Shown here one piece after another: positions 15,636-27,993 of a stretch of 64,000 bases of DNA (position 1 is its first letter; the number at the start of each line of letters is the position of its first letter). Both the position numbers and the translations under genes were made by a program. Under the pieces are notes generated by a model. It had not been told where the DNA came from. It saw only the letters and a program-made list of their open reading frames with translations, and made no database searches. The stretch comes from Eledone cirrhosa (taxonomy: Eukaryota): contig CAXHJY010000715.1 of NCBI GenBank assembly GCA_964016885.1, forward strand, positions 28,825 through 92,824, in the 5' to 3' direction.

Positions 15636-15785
15636 CGCTATATAGATGTGTGTGTATATGTGTGTGTGTATAATATGAGTGTCTATTGGGACTTAGAATG
15701 TGTTAACATTAAATGGCTGACAACAGCCACTCTGGTGCATTGTGCAGAGTTTATACATAAATATAATATATATATATATATATAA

Positions 15786-15891
<106 letters not shown>

Positions 15892-16154
15892 AGGGAGTGT
15901 AACTTGGAGTTACTGTAGGTTCACCGGGGTGAGCACTCGGTGTTTAGGTTCACTTCAGTGTCGAGGTGTAGAGCTATACAGAGTGTATTATAGTGAAAAG
16001 ATAACAAGGACGATTGGTTACTCCTTCATTACATACTCCTTCATATATATATATACACATATATACACATATATATATATATATGCACATACATACATAC
16101 ATGCATACATGATGGCTCTCTCTCGCACGCACACACACACACACACGATAACAA

Positions 16155-17460
16155 TTAACAGTATTGAGATCGAATGTGGCTTTTTAGCCCAGCCAATGAT
16201 CTAAAATGTCTTGCACAGAGTTGGCAACCAAAACTTTCACTGGGAATAGCCGGCTGTGGTTGAAGTTCATGTACTTTTGCATGTCGTTTGAGCCCTCCTG
16301 CTGATTTACATTCTCTACCACATGTTTGGCAAGCATGATGAGTAGCATCTCCAACAGCAGCCTGGTAGTCAACCACTGGTCTTACTTTATGACTGCGAAG
16401 ATGACTTTCGAGTCCAGCTTTGCTGAGGCAGAGTCTCGCTCAGACGCTGCATGTCAGCGCTATAGGAGGACCTTCGCTGTCTGGAAATGACCTTCCTCAG
16501 ATCTCTCTTTACTTTCACGTATGCGATTCGAGATGCCTCAAAGGCAACTTTCCCCTCATGTACAGTCTTTCTCCGTTTATTACGATCAGCAGCAACATTT
16601 TCCCTTGTATCAGCAGAGATGTTAGCGTCTTTCAAAGAGGCTTTCAGCTAATCCTTTTACCTCTTTTTTTGGTTTATGTGGAGGTCGTTTTCCTTTAACT
16701 AACTCTCCATAAAAGAGTTGTTTTGGTATTCTAGAATCCTTAATCCTGGCAAGGTGACCACTCCAGTGGAGTCTTTGCTTAAGCACAAGAGCTTCTATAC
16801 AGTCACACAGAGAGATTTCCAAAATCTCGACACCACTGATGTGGTCCCTCCAGTAAACGCCATGGATCCGTCTGAGACACATCTGATGGAAACGCTCCAG
16901 TTGTTTAAGTTGGTGTCGATATGTGACCCAGGTCTCGCAGGCATAAAGTAGAGAAGAGAGCACACATGCCTTGTACACCTTTACCTTTGTCTTCTTGCAC
17001 ATGTCTCGCCGACCCCAGAGGCGCCTTTCTAGCTTTCCGAAAGCATCATTTGCTTTCCTAATCCTGAGTGGAATTTCATTATCAAGGTTGCTGTATCGAT
17101 TGACAGTGCTTCCCAGGTAGAGAAACTGATTAACCACTCCAAGTCGTTTACCATACACATAGATATTTGGCTCACTGTACTGCTTACCAGGGGCAGGCTG
17201 GTACATGACGACGGTTTTCTTGAGACTGACAGTCAATCCTAGAGCAGTACAAGCATCAGAAAATGCATTCAAAATGTGCTGCATATCACTCTCTGTGTGA
17301 GCTATAAGATCGCAATCATCTGCATACAAGAGGCCTCTTATGATTGATGTAAATATTTTTATTTTTGTTGCAAAGCGCCTGATGTTAAATATGCTGCCTG
17401 AGGTTCGATATTGGTTGAAACAGAGGGATATTCCAGCACCGAACCTGTTTGTTATATACT
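16155..17460 (-). mobile_element. 5'-truncated, decayed RTE (BovB-like) LINE
   Basis: ORF 16622-17329: YADD, FLYLGS, KVYKACVLSSLLYACETW, LERFHQMCLRRI, RIPKQLFYGEL. A frameshifted tail encodes three C2H2-type fingers. Confidence 0.92.
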
Positions 17461-18292
17461 TTGCAATGGATTTTTATATTGCATTCAGGAATTGCGAGCA
17501 TGGTGTTTACATGCATACATATATACATACAACACAACTAGTTATGAAATTACAAGTACAATCCATTAATGGAACAGTAAAAATATGTAAAACATTCCAA
17601 AAATTCTGCATCTAATAACTGCATATACACTTGTACAGATACAAAGCATATACACACACACATATAACTCAAAACATACACATTCACACATACAATAACA
17701 TCCATATCTGCACACACATGCATACATATCTACCTAGTTGATGTTGTTTATATTCCAATGGGAGTCTTGTATCTATGTTAGAAAGCGACTTTCTCTCTGC
17801 TGGTAAAAATTTATAAAAATATATAACCAGAAGAACGTACATACATTCATACATAGATACATAAATACATACATACATAAATACATTCATACATATATAC
17901 ATACACACATACATACATACATACATACATACATACATACATACATACATACATACATACATACATACATACATACATACTGACAAACATACACAGTCAG
18001 ATATACACACACACCGCAGTTATAACCAAATCAGACAAGACAGAACAATATACAACGAGGGTGATCTTTAACATCTATTAGTTGTTTACTTGAACCCTCA
18101 ACTCTTCCTCTCCTTACTATTGCCTTCCTATGACTTTACTCTGCTTCAATAGTCCCACTGATCCTGTCTCATACGCAATTCATTATTTATTCTCTCCCTT
18201 TTTACCGCTCTCTAGAGAAATATATATTTCTTGTTCCCACTCTGCCAATCTTTTATGCAGCCATTCATTTATTTATCTATTATCTATTCCAT

Positions 18293-18388
<96 letters not shown>

Positions 18389-18516
18389 TACATATATATA
18401 ACCTGATTAGTTCTTTCGTTGTGTTTGGTATTGTATGGTTGGGTTTTGCCTACCGCAATTTTCAATTTGTCAAACTTTTTAAACGTAATGTTATTTACTA
18501 AGTTTCCACTTGTATA

Positions 18517-19405
18517 TCTATATATATAAAACTGTGGTTGTCTGTCTGTCTATCGATTTTTGGCACACATCTCCTCTTAGAATCTCTCACGGAATTGCAC
18601 CGAAATTGCTATACTTGTACATTGAGCCCTAGCGAAGACATCGGAAAAAAAAAATTTCAAATTGACCCACCCTATGTGACGAAATCGAATATAATGTATC
18701 GATTTTTGAGCGTAAGTTATCAGTTATTTCCCTTTGTTCTGTTTACATTGAGCGTCTTACGTAAAAAATTACGCTAGCTTTCTCAGCGTTTAAAATGACA
18801 TTAACACAATACACGAAGCTTCCGTTTTGCTTCATTTCCATTTAAAAGCATTTTAAAACAATATTTTTACTTGAAAACAAGTCTATTTAAAGACTACGTA
18901 AAACAAGCAAATATTTCGTCGTTAGGCGTGCAGACAGACAGTCGTGCAGACAGATAGTCGTGCAGAGAGGTGATATACGCGTGCAGACAGATAGTCGTGC
19001 AGAGAGGTGATATAGGCGTGCAGACAGACAGTCGTGCAGAGAGGTGATATAGGCGTGCAGACAGTCGTGCAGAGAGGTGATATAGGCGTGCAGACAGACA
19101 TAACTGATAATTTGGTTACGCTAATGTTTTTCTCTGCGTTGCAGTGTTTACATTTTCGATCTTTGTTAATAAATAACCAGTGCAGTTTCTATCCCCAGCA
19201 TCCTCTTTTGTTATAACATTCGGGTTATCGTTATGTTTTCTTAACTTCATAAGGCATATTGTTGGTTGAGGGAATATTAATCAAAAACACCACATGCAAG
19301 TCTGCACAGTAGACACTACAGTTTTTAAGCCAAGAAAGAAACTTAACATTGTAACTTTAACACAGCTACTGAGCGACCCCGAGCAACGCCGGGCTTTACT
19401 GCTAG
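18517..19405 (+). mobile_element. Non-autonomous Helitron, copy 1
   Basis: 5' TCTATATATATAAAA plus (GTCT)n; 3' GC hairpin cccg-agcaacgc-cggg then CTAG; internal ~37-bp minisatellite. Confidence 0.85.
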
Positions 19406-20417
19406 TCTATATATATAAAACTGAGGTTGTCTGTCTGTCTATCGATTTTTGGCACACATCTCCTCTTAGAATCTCTCACGGAATTGCACCGAAATTGCTA
19501 TACTTGTACATTGAGCCCTAGCGAAGACATCGGAAAAATAACATTTCAAATTGACCCGCCCTATCTGACGAAATCGAATATAATGTATCGATTTTTGAGC
19601 GTAAGTGATCAGTTATTTCCCTTTGTTCTGTTTACATTCAGCGTAGCGTCTTACGTTCTCTTTACATTCCTGCAAAATTCATCAGTTCGAACACTAAGCT
19701 TCCGTTTTGCTTCATTTCCATTTAAAAGCCTTTTAAAACAATATTTTTACTTGAAAACAAGTCTATTTAAAGACTACGTAAAACAAGCAAATATTTCGTA
19801 AAAAAAAGCAAAAATTATATAAGTTTATTTAAAATATATGTATCTGTAAATTTTGTTAGGCGTGCAGACAGACAGTCGTGCAGACAGACAGTCGTGCAGA
19901 GAGGTGATATAAGCGTGCAGACAGACAGTCGTGCAGAGAGGTGATATAGGCGTGCAGACAGACAGTCGTGCAGAGAGGTGATATAGGCGTGCAGACAGAC
20001 AGTCGTGCAGAGAGTTGATATAGGCGTGCAGACAGATAGTCGTGCAGAGAGGTGATATAGGCGTGCAGACAGACAGTCGTGCAGAGAGGTGATATAGGCG
20101 TGCAGACAGACATAACTGATAATTTGGTTACGCTAATGTTTTTCTCTGCGTTGCAGTGTTTACATTTTCGATCTTTGTTAATAAATAACCAGTGCAGTTT
20201 TTATCCCCAGCATCCTCTTTTGTTATAACATTCGGGTTATCGTTATGTTTTCTTAACTTCATAAGGCATATTGTTGGTTGAGGGAATATTAATCAAAAAC
20301 ACCACATGCAAGTCTGCACAGTAGACACTACAGTTTTTAAGCCAAAAAAGAAACTTAACATTGTAACTTTAACACAGCTACTGAGCGACCCCGAGCAACG
20401 CCGGGCTTTACTGCTAG
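19406..20417 (+). mobile_element. Non-autonomous Helitron, copy 2, head-to-tail with copy 1
   Basis: Exact CTAG|TC junction at 19405/19406. Near-identical sequence with a different minisatellite copy number. Confidence 0.85.
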
Positions 20418-20472
<55 letters not shown>

Positions 20473-20475
20473 AAG

Positions 20476-20657
20476 GGAATGTGGTAAGGAACCAGATGGA
20501 CCATAACGCACCAGAGTACTCAATACTTAGGGTAGTAGAGTGGGAAATAGGAAAAAGTATAACCCCGACGGCAGAGCTCAAGCCGTTTCGGCGGCTATTT
20601 CTGGACGATTCCAGAAATAGCCGTCGAAACGACTTGAGCTCAGCCGTCGGGGTCATA

Positions 20658-20660
<3 letters not shown>
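20476..20660. repeat. Short (TA)n-embedded repeat ending in a ~50-bp-arm hairpin (also 59036-59219; diverged copy 61455-61613)
   Basis: Shared ggaccataacgcacca..tactcaatactta..gtagtagagtggg; hairpin at 20555-20660. Confidence 0.9.
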
Positions 20661-20694
<34 letters not shown>

Positions 20695-20710
20695 TAAAAT
20701 AACAGATTAA

Positions 20711-20757
20711 AGTTTAAGCAAAGAATCGCTGCTTTCACCCTTAACGGGATCTTCTGA

Positions 20758-20761
<4 letters not shown>
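20711..20761 (-). ncRNA. Hammerhead-like motif with a CAGAAGA core variant
   Basis: agttt-CAGAAGA-tccc/gggt-GAAA-gca..tgc-TT-aaact. Identical to 57379-57429 and 57945-57995. Confidence 0.6.
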
Positions 20762-20827
<66 letters not shown>

Positions 20828-20885
20828 CTATCTATCCATTTTTATCTATCCATATCTATACATTTATCTATCTCACTTTCCATCC

Positions 20886-20957
<72 letters not shown>

Positions 20958-21186
20958 CTCTCTCTATCAGTCGTGTGTCACTTCGCGGAGAAGTTTCCGT
21001 TAATTTATGTAAGAAAAAAAACGTGAGTTTTTAGTTCAATTTTATATCATTGTGTAACTTGACCACCCGTCTGGACCTTCAGGTGGTGGGTCAACTCATT
21101 TTCGCCCCTTCAGGGGCGGAATATCCATTTAAAAAATTTTTCTCCATCGAATCTTGGAAAAAATATTGTAAAATTTTGATTACGTT

Positions 21187-23104
21187 ATGAACGCTGCGTC
21201 CAACGATAATGGTGGTGGAGAGGCGGTAAGACTACAAAGCTCGCAGTCAACAACGTCTTCTTCACTAGATACTATAGAGATGGAAAGACAAAATGAAAAT
21301 AAAAAAACGAATTCACATCCAAACAACACAAATGACACCAAACAGCTCAATGACAACAAAAATAACAGCAAAACCAATAATGATGATAAAAGCAACAATG
21401 ATAACAACAACAAAGAAAAAAATAAAGACAACGCCAATAACACCAGCATCAAAGACAACAACAACACCAAGGAAAATACGGATGATACCAACATCGGTGA
21501 CAACAAGAATAACAACAACAATAACAACAATAATGACAACACCACCAATACGGATTCCACAAAGAAACCAAAAATCTCCTTTGCGGAGAAAGTTCAAAAG
21601 AAAGAACAATTGATATATCTCGACATAACAAATGCTGAACACCTTTTAAAGGACGCTAAGAGATATGTCACCTTCGAAAAAAAATGGTGCTTTCAGCATC
21701 AATTCTCCGGTAGAAATTCGCAAGGAAACTGCTCTCAAAACGATAGTTTTTAGGACAGTTTCCAATTCTACCCGAAAACCAGTCCAATTGTCACAGAAAG
21801 ATATTGAACTGGTTTTCAAAGATTCAATGAATGATATTGCATTCATTCAAAGAAGCAAACTTTTTGGGAGTATTTCGGTACTGATGAAGGATCAATTGAC
21901 GGCTCAAAATTACTCTGTGTCGCCAATTGTATCCAACCTGTACACCTTTTTCCCTACATACATGGGAAAAAGGACACAAAAGATCAGAATCACAAGTGTC
22001 ACACCAAAGGTGAACATATGGTGGATACTGTGCGGCTTCATCAATTTTGATGAAGACAGAATACTGTCAGTAGGCAAGTCCCCCAGAGATGTATTCAATG
22101 GGACTAGCATTGAAGTTCTGGTGCAAATGAGCCCAGAGCGAATAGCTATGATCCCACAGCGTGTACTCCTGGACGGACTTACCTACATAAACCTTTCGGT
22201 TGAGGGTAGGCGGCCTTCATGTTACCATTGCTTTAGCAGGGGTCACCTGAGGGCTTCCTGTCCTAAACTAATGAACCAAAAAAAGGCTCTTCTGCCGACA
22301 CCCATCAAAACAACACAACCACCAACACCACCACTACAACAACAACACCAACACACAAAAATAACCACAACAAACACAGTCCCACCCAACCTCACTCCAC
22401 CTAAAACCACTGCAAAATCACATACAGACACAACAGCTCCCCAAGACATACCCCTCCCCAATCACACAGACGATACAACAGATGAGGCTATCTCGCCATC
22501 ACCCAGTGAAGACGAGGGAGAACCCCATCGCTCGAAAAGAAAGAAAAGACATCACAAAAGCAAAAAACCAGCAAACACTACCACAAACATACAACCACCA
22601 ACACAAACAACAAAAATATCACAAACAAAACCCCCACCTCCTGAAAACAAAATACCTACAACAAAACGAAAGCACACACAAGAACTACAGACAAAAACAA
22701 ACACAACACAAGAAAATTACACTTACACTTACATAAACACTGAAAACAAAACACTAATGGAGACCATTACGAACGACCCTTCGGTTTTCACCGAAGGGAA
22801 AACTTTCGCCCACTCTATAAAAAATAGCAAAAAAATGAACCTAAAACTGATTAGGGTCCCTATACAAACTTATAGGTCCCTAAAAGAAACATTTGAGAAG
22901 GATGTGGGGAATTCCTGCGTGAAACCACTCAACCGCGTCCTTCTCAAATGCCTCCCCACCCCAGACACCCCCATCCCACCAGACCCCACCCCACCAAACA
23001 TCTGCGTCCCCACCCCGCCGGAAACCACCACCCATCCAGACAACCCCTCCAACACCCCCATGGAAATCGTGCGGCCTGGTCCCCAGGAGGCGAAGGGTGA
23101 GTGA
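21187..23104 (+). CDS. ORF1 gag-like nucleic-acid-binding protein (one frameshift in the A8 run at 21677-21684)
   Basis: ORFs 21187-21753 and 21665-23104 join if one A is removed (..VTFEKNGAFS..). N-rich N-terminus, SFAEKV motif, CYHCFSRGHLRASC CCHC knuckle, P/T-rich tail. Confidence 0.85.
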
Positions 23105-23137
23105 TCTCTTTTCTTCTTTTAACTTTTCAGCACCAAC

Positions 23138-26100
23138 ATGGCCAATATAAGAGTTGGATGTGTGAACGTACGCGGCCTGGGGATGCCCTGGAAACAGGGC
23201 AAACTCTTAAACGACCTCAGGTCGCACAGTTTGGATGTGGTAGCCATTTGCGAGTCCAGGATCCACGGCGAGCGACAGCTGGCCCCCATCTTCGATGACT
23301 TTGAGATCTACGCATCTCTCTGTCAACCGGGGGGTGGGGGCGGTGTTGCCGTTTTGCTGCGGAAACACCTGGGCCTCGTAACACAGACGGTTCATCTGGA
23401 CCCGGAGGGTCGACTGGTGGTCCTAGACGTTGACGGTAGTGAAGGTGGAGCGTTCAGGCTGGTGGCCGCATATGCCCCATCCGGGACACCGCGGCCAGAC
23501 TTCTTCAAACGTCTAGAGACTTTTCTGGGAACGTCCCGCTCCTTGCTTTTAGTGGGGGACTGGAATGGAATCCTAGATGCACGTTGGGACTATGTGGGAG
23601 CATGTCCCGATAAAGGGGGGTGTAACAGCCTCAAACAGTTAATCGACCGATTTGACCTGGCCGATAGATATCGACTAGATTTTCCGACTGCGCCACTGTG
23701 GACGTGGAGTAATCGTAGCGGAACATCTAGATCGTACCTAGATAGGGTTCTAGTTAGAAATAAGGATAGGGACATGTTAAGCTGTCCACAAATGTTCATG
23801 GTTGCCTATTCAGATCACAAACTAGTGACCTGCATGGCCAACCTTGATAGAACCCATAGACAAGGACCCGGCTACTGGAAGCTGAACTTGTCGTTACCGA
23901 CAAGCAAAGCCTACAGTAGACGGATTAGCACTTTAGTTAAACAGCACTTGACAGGGGCCATTGTCAACAACAGATGGTGGTACTCTCTCAAGAGGGCAGT
24001 TAGATTAGACTCGATAGTTTTTAGTAAAGAATTAGCGTTAGATAGAAATAGAACCGAGAAGGAACTGGTAGATAAAGTAGAAGAGGCTATTAGAAGTGGC
24101 AACGTAGCCAGCGTGCTAGCAACGAGAACGGCCTTGGACCAGTTCTTCGACGCAAAGCACGAGGGCTGCGTTGTCAGAAGCAAAATACGTGCTCTGGGAA
24201 ACGAGGGAGCCAAAGCTGTTAGCTGGGCCCGAGTGACGGAGGCAAAAAGTGGCAACAAGTCCACGATTCGGTCTTTGAAGGACCAAAACGGACGCGTGAT
24301 ACGTGAGCCGAAGCAGATGTGTGCGGCTTTTCAGCGGCACTTTGCTCGGCTGTTCGGGGGGAGCGGCGCGCCGGGAGAGGCTATGGATTTCGGTCCATAC
24401 CTCGACGGCCTACCGCGACTCTCGGACAGCGAGGCGAAGTTCTGCGAAAAGCCGATTTCAGCCACTGAGATAGGGGACGCGCTGAGCCAATGCGGCAAAC
24501 GCAAATCTCCAGGTCTCGACGGTCTACCCTACGAATTTTACGTAGCAATGCCGGACTTATTCTCCGGTCTCCTGGAAGCGGTCTACTGCAACTGGCAACA
24601 GAACGGGAGAATTCCCAGTTCTGTAACCGGGGGCGTGGTCACACTAATCAGGAAGGACGAGAATAAGGGGGATGACATAGGCAACTTCCGGCCCATAACT
24701 CTGCTAAACACAGAGTTACAGATTTTGGCCAAGGTGTTGGCAAAGAGGCTGGCGCTTGTCGTCGAGAACCTGGTGGGAGAAGCGCAGACATGCGCGATCC
24801 CGACCAGGTCCATACACGACAACCTCCACCTCATGCGATACATCATAGAGAGGGTAGGGTGTAAACCCGGCTTCGGTGGGGCCCTGATCAACTTGGATCA
24901 GTCTAAGGCTTTCGATAGGGTTGACCATCGTTACCTGGATGCGGTGCTCGAGGCGGCAGGCTTCGGACCCGTGTTCAGGAGCTGGATTGCTGCAATGCAC
25001 AACAGCAACATCTGCTCAAGGGTCAAGGTGAACGGTTACCTCTCGGAGCCGTTCCATATTACGCGATCCATTCGACAGGGATGCCCTCTCTCCTCCCTTC
25101 TGTACGTACTGACTCTCGAGCCACTACTGCGGAAGCTGGAGCTATTGCAGGGCATCCCTCTGGAACCGGGACTGCGGAAAGCGGCGTCGGCCTACGCCGA
25201 CGACGTGACAGTAATGGTGTCGAGCGCCTCGCAAATCGAGGAAGTCGGCACCTTACTAAAGGAATACGAAAGTCTCACAGGAGCGAAGCTGAACCGGGAC
25301 AAGTCCATCGGTTTGCAACTCGGATCGTGGAGAGGCAGACCGATGCCTTCCGATGGCGTCGTCGGACGCTGGACGGAAGGACCGGTAAAGCTGCTCGGGG
25401 TCTGGTTTGGTCCGGACCTCCAGGTGGAGAAGAACTGGAACGAAGTGACGGCCAAGGTGTTTGCACTCACCCAGAAGTGGGCCGAGTGCAAACTATCCTT
25501 GAAAGGTCGAGCGGAGGTGGCGAACACTTTTATAGCGTCCGCCATCTACTACCGCTTGACCGTCGTGCCTTGTCCAGCCAAAACGCTCGCCAAAATGGAG
25601 CGCGCCCTCTTCCGATTCCTTTGGAAGAGGCGGGCTCCTTTGGTAAGAAGATCCATCTGCTGCCAACACCCTTCTAACGGAGGGCTGGGGATGCCGTGGT
25701 TGACGATGCGCAAACACGCGCTCAGGCTGCGGCATCTCTACGTATTCCTCACCGGACAACCGGTGTGGGCCCCGTTCGTGAGGCGAGCCTTCCCACGACT
25801 CGTCTCGCTGACCGAGCTGCAGTCCTGGGTCAAGCAGAGACCGAGGAAAATGGGCGACTGGCACATCGAATGTGCTCAGGCGCTCACAGCCCTCTGGCAG
25901 GCGGACCCGGCGATCAGTGGAGACTCCACTTCGTCATTCTATAGAGGGTTGGTCCGCAGCAAGTGCGACGACGCGCTCGGTGAAACTCTAGGCGTGGAGG
26001 AAGATGAACTGGCCAGTCTGTTCGGTAGGACCTTCCGCCCGGGACCGATGGACAACTTCCAAAAGTCCCTGGCCTGGCAGTGCTACCGAGGAGCTCTACC

Positions 26101-26575
26101 AGTTCGAGACAAGCTCTACAGACATGGGCGCCCGGGCAGGGACCCTGCAAAAAAGATCTGTCCGAGGTGCGTGCGAGACGAAGAAACCGTCGCGCACGCA
26201 TTCATACACTGCCCGGGCGTCACTGACCTGTGGGGCTATGTAGAACGACTATTGTCGCGGGTGGGACCAATCCGGTTGACCACCGAGTCCATTGTCATGA
26301 TCAAACCGCCACCCTCCTTCAAAAACGAAGGAGAGGCGGTTTTCCTTTGTGTGATAGCTATGGCGAAAGAGGTTGTATGGTGGACAAGGTTGAAAGGGCT
26401 GAGGTCAGACACCTTTCTCTCCGGCCAACAACTGATTCTTTTTTTCAAATACCACTTTGGAAGAAGAATCAGGATGGAGAGAGAGGTGCTGTACCCCAGC
26501 AAGTTTTATGAAAGGTGGGTGAAAGTGGCGAGAATGGCCCGAGTGAATGGGCCTTCTCTCTATATCAGCCTGTAG
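23138..26575 (+). CDS. ORF2: AP-like endonuclease, reverse transcriptase and C-terminal zinc-binding domain (1145 aa, uninterrupted)
   Basis: NVRGL, CES, GDWN, SYLDR, SDH; KSPGLDG, NFRPITLLN, LDQSKAFDRVDH, IRQGCPLS, AYADD; CPRC..ETVAHAFIHC. Confidence 0.97.
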   Translation: MANIRVGCVNVRGLGMPWKQGKLLNDLRSHSLDVVAICESRIHGERQLAPIFDDFEIYASLCQPGGGGGVAVLLRKHLGLVTQTVHLDPEGRLVVLDVDGSEGGAFRLVAAYAPSGTPRPDFFKRLETFLGTSRSLLLVGDWNGILDARWDYVGACPDKGGCNSLKQLIDRFDLADRYRLDFPTAPLWTWSNRSGTSRSYLDRVLVRNKDRDMLSCPQMFMVAYSDHKLVTCMANLDRTHRQGPGYWKLNLSLPTSKAYSRRISTLVKQHLTGAIVNNRWWYSLKRAVRLDSIVFSKELALDRNRTEKELVDKVEEAIRSGNVASVLATRTALDQFFDAKHEGCVVRSKIRALGNEGAKAVSWARVTEAKSGNKSTIRSLKDQNGRVIREPKQMCAAFQRHFARLFGGSGAPGEAMDFGPYLDGLPRLSDSEAKFCEKPISATEIGDALSQCGKRKSPGLDGLPYEFYVAMPDLFSGLLEAVYCNWQQNGRIPSSVTGGVVTLIRKDENKGDDIGNFRPITLLNTELQILAKVLAKRLALVVENLVGEAQTCAIPTRSIHDNLHLMRYIIERVGCKPGFGGALINLDQSKAFDRVDHRYLDAVLEAAGFGPVFRSWIAAMHNSNICSRVKVNGYLSEPFHITRSIRQGCPLSSLLYVLTLEPLLRKLELLQGIPLEPGLRKAASAYADDVTVMVSSASQIEEVGTLLKEYESLTGAKLNRDKSIGLQLGSWRGRPMPSDGVVGRWTEGPVKLLGVWFGPDLQVEKNWNEVTAKVFALTQKWAECKLSLKGRAEVANTFIASAIYYRLTVVPCPAKTLAKMERALFRFLWKRRAPLVRRSICCQHPSNGGLGMPWLTMRKHALRLRHLYVFLTGQPVWAPFVRRAFPRLVSLTELQSWVKQRPRKMGDWHIECAQALTALWQADPAISGDSTSSFYRGLVRSKCDDALGETLGVEEDELASLFGRTFRPGPMDNFQKSLAWQCYRGALPVRDKLYRHGRPGRDPAKKICPRCVRDEETVAHAFIHCPGVTDLWGYVERLLSRVGPIRLTTESIVMIKPPPSFKNEGEAVFLCVIAMAKEVVWWTRLKGLRSDTFLSGQQLILFFKYHFGRRIRMEREVLYPSKFYERWVKVARMARVNGPSLYISL

Positions 26576-26814
26576 GTTGAGGAAAAGGAGGAGGAGAGGA
26601 AAGGAGTACAAGCTCTTCGTACTCCTGGAGATGAGGGTTGCACATTTTTTTCGGGGGTCTGTGTTACCCATATAAACTGTCTCCCTCTATTGGGGAAAAT
26701 CGACTAACTTTTAAATTCCATCTGTGATAACATTTTACACGTTTTTATTGTATGTAAACTTCCCCCTTTGTATTTGTCCCCTTCTTTTGTGCCCCTGTGG
26801 CTAATAAAGAAATA

Positions 26815-26866
<52 letters not shown>

Positions 26867-27537
26867 CATCTACGACACGATGTAACAGGCTATTGAACAG
26901 CGTGAGATTTAAAACCAAACATCACGTATATCACGTGTATCTATCTAATCCACCTCACTTCAATCCTGCAGTCAGTACAACGACTGCTTCCACCTTCCAC
27001 ATTTCAATACCTCCAGTGAAACCAACGAACGGAAAAGGAACATCATATGACTTAGTCTCTTATAACATGATATACACACATATGTGTGCGTGTGTATATA
27101 CACGCATGTATATATATATATATATATATATATTTGCATATGTATATAAATACACACAAGGTTGAGATCAAAAAGATCAACAAGCCCCTACTGACAAGTT
27201 TGATGTCTTGTGTTCGGGTGACATTATTGCTTACAGTATATATAATATCGTTTATTATCACTTATATTAAAAAATTCTGGACCGGTTTTCACACACATAC
27301 ACACATATCTATGTATGTATATTTATATATATATATGTACATATATATATGTATATATATATATATGTGTATGTATGTATGTATTTATATATATATATAT
27401 ATATTATACATATAAACAAACACTCGCGCACACACACACGCGCATATGCAAACATACATATATATATATACATATATATATATATAATATATAAGTATAT
27501 ATATATGTGTGTATATATATATATATATAATATATAA

Positions 27538-27618
<81 letters not shown>

Positions 27619-27698
27619 AATACAGTCTTCGGATTATTGAATCTAAATAATTCATATCTGCAATATTTCTTAAACGATTCATTTTATGTTGTTGTTGC

Positions 27699-27737
<39 letters not shown>

Positions 27738-27812
27738 CGTTCTTCTTCTTCTTCTTCTTTTTCTTCTTCTTCTTCTTCTTCTTCTTCTTCTTCTTCTTCT
27801 TCTTCTTCTTCT

Positions 27813-27847
<35 letters not shown>

Positions 27848-27895
27848 GTCCTCCACCATTCCAAATATTCCAATATATTCTTGCGTACCCTTGTA

Positions 27896-27993
<98 letters not shown>

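Larger units (their letters stand above)
20967..26812 (+). mobile_element. Near-full-length Tx1/L1-clade non-LTR retrotransposon inserted in (TCTA)n
   Basis: TCAGTC initiator-like 5' end, ORF1 with a zinc knuckle, APE-RT ORF2, AATAAA at 26803, and (TCTA)n on both flanks. Confidence 0.95.

Noticed and set aside
21670-21690. Programmed frameshift in Tx1 ORF1 at the A8 run
   Set aside because: It needs a +1 shift and I see no stimulatory structure. A homopolymer indel (mutation or sequencing error) is simpler.
23097-23130. Mini-intron fusing ORF1 to ORF2
   Set aside because: Only 34 nt, and the spliced product is out of frame with ORF2.
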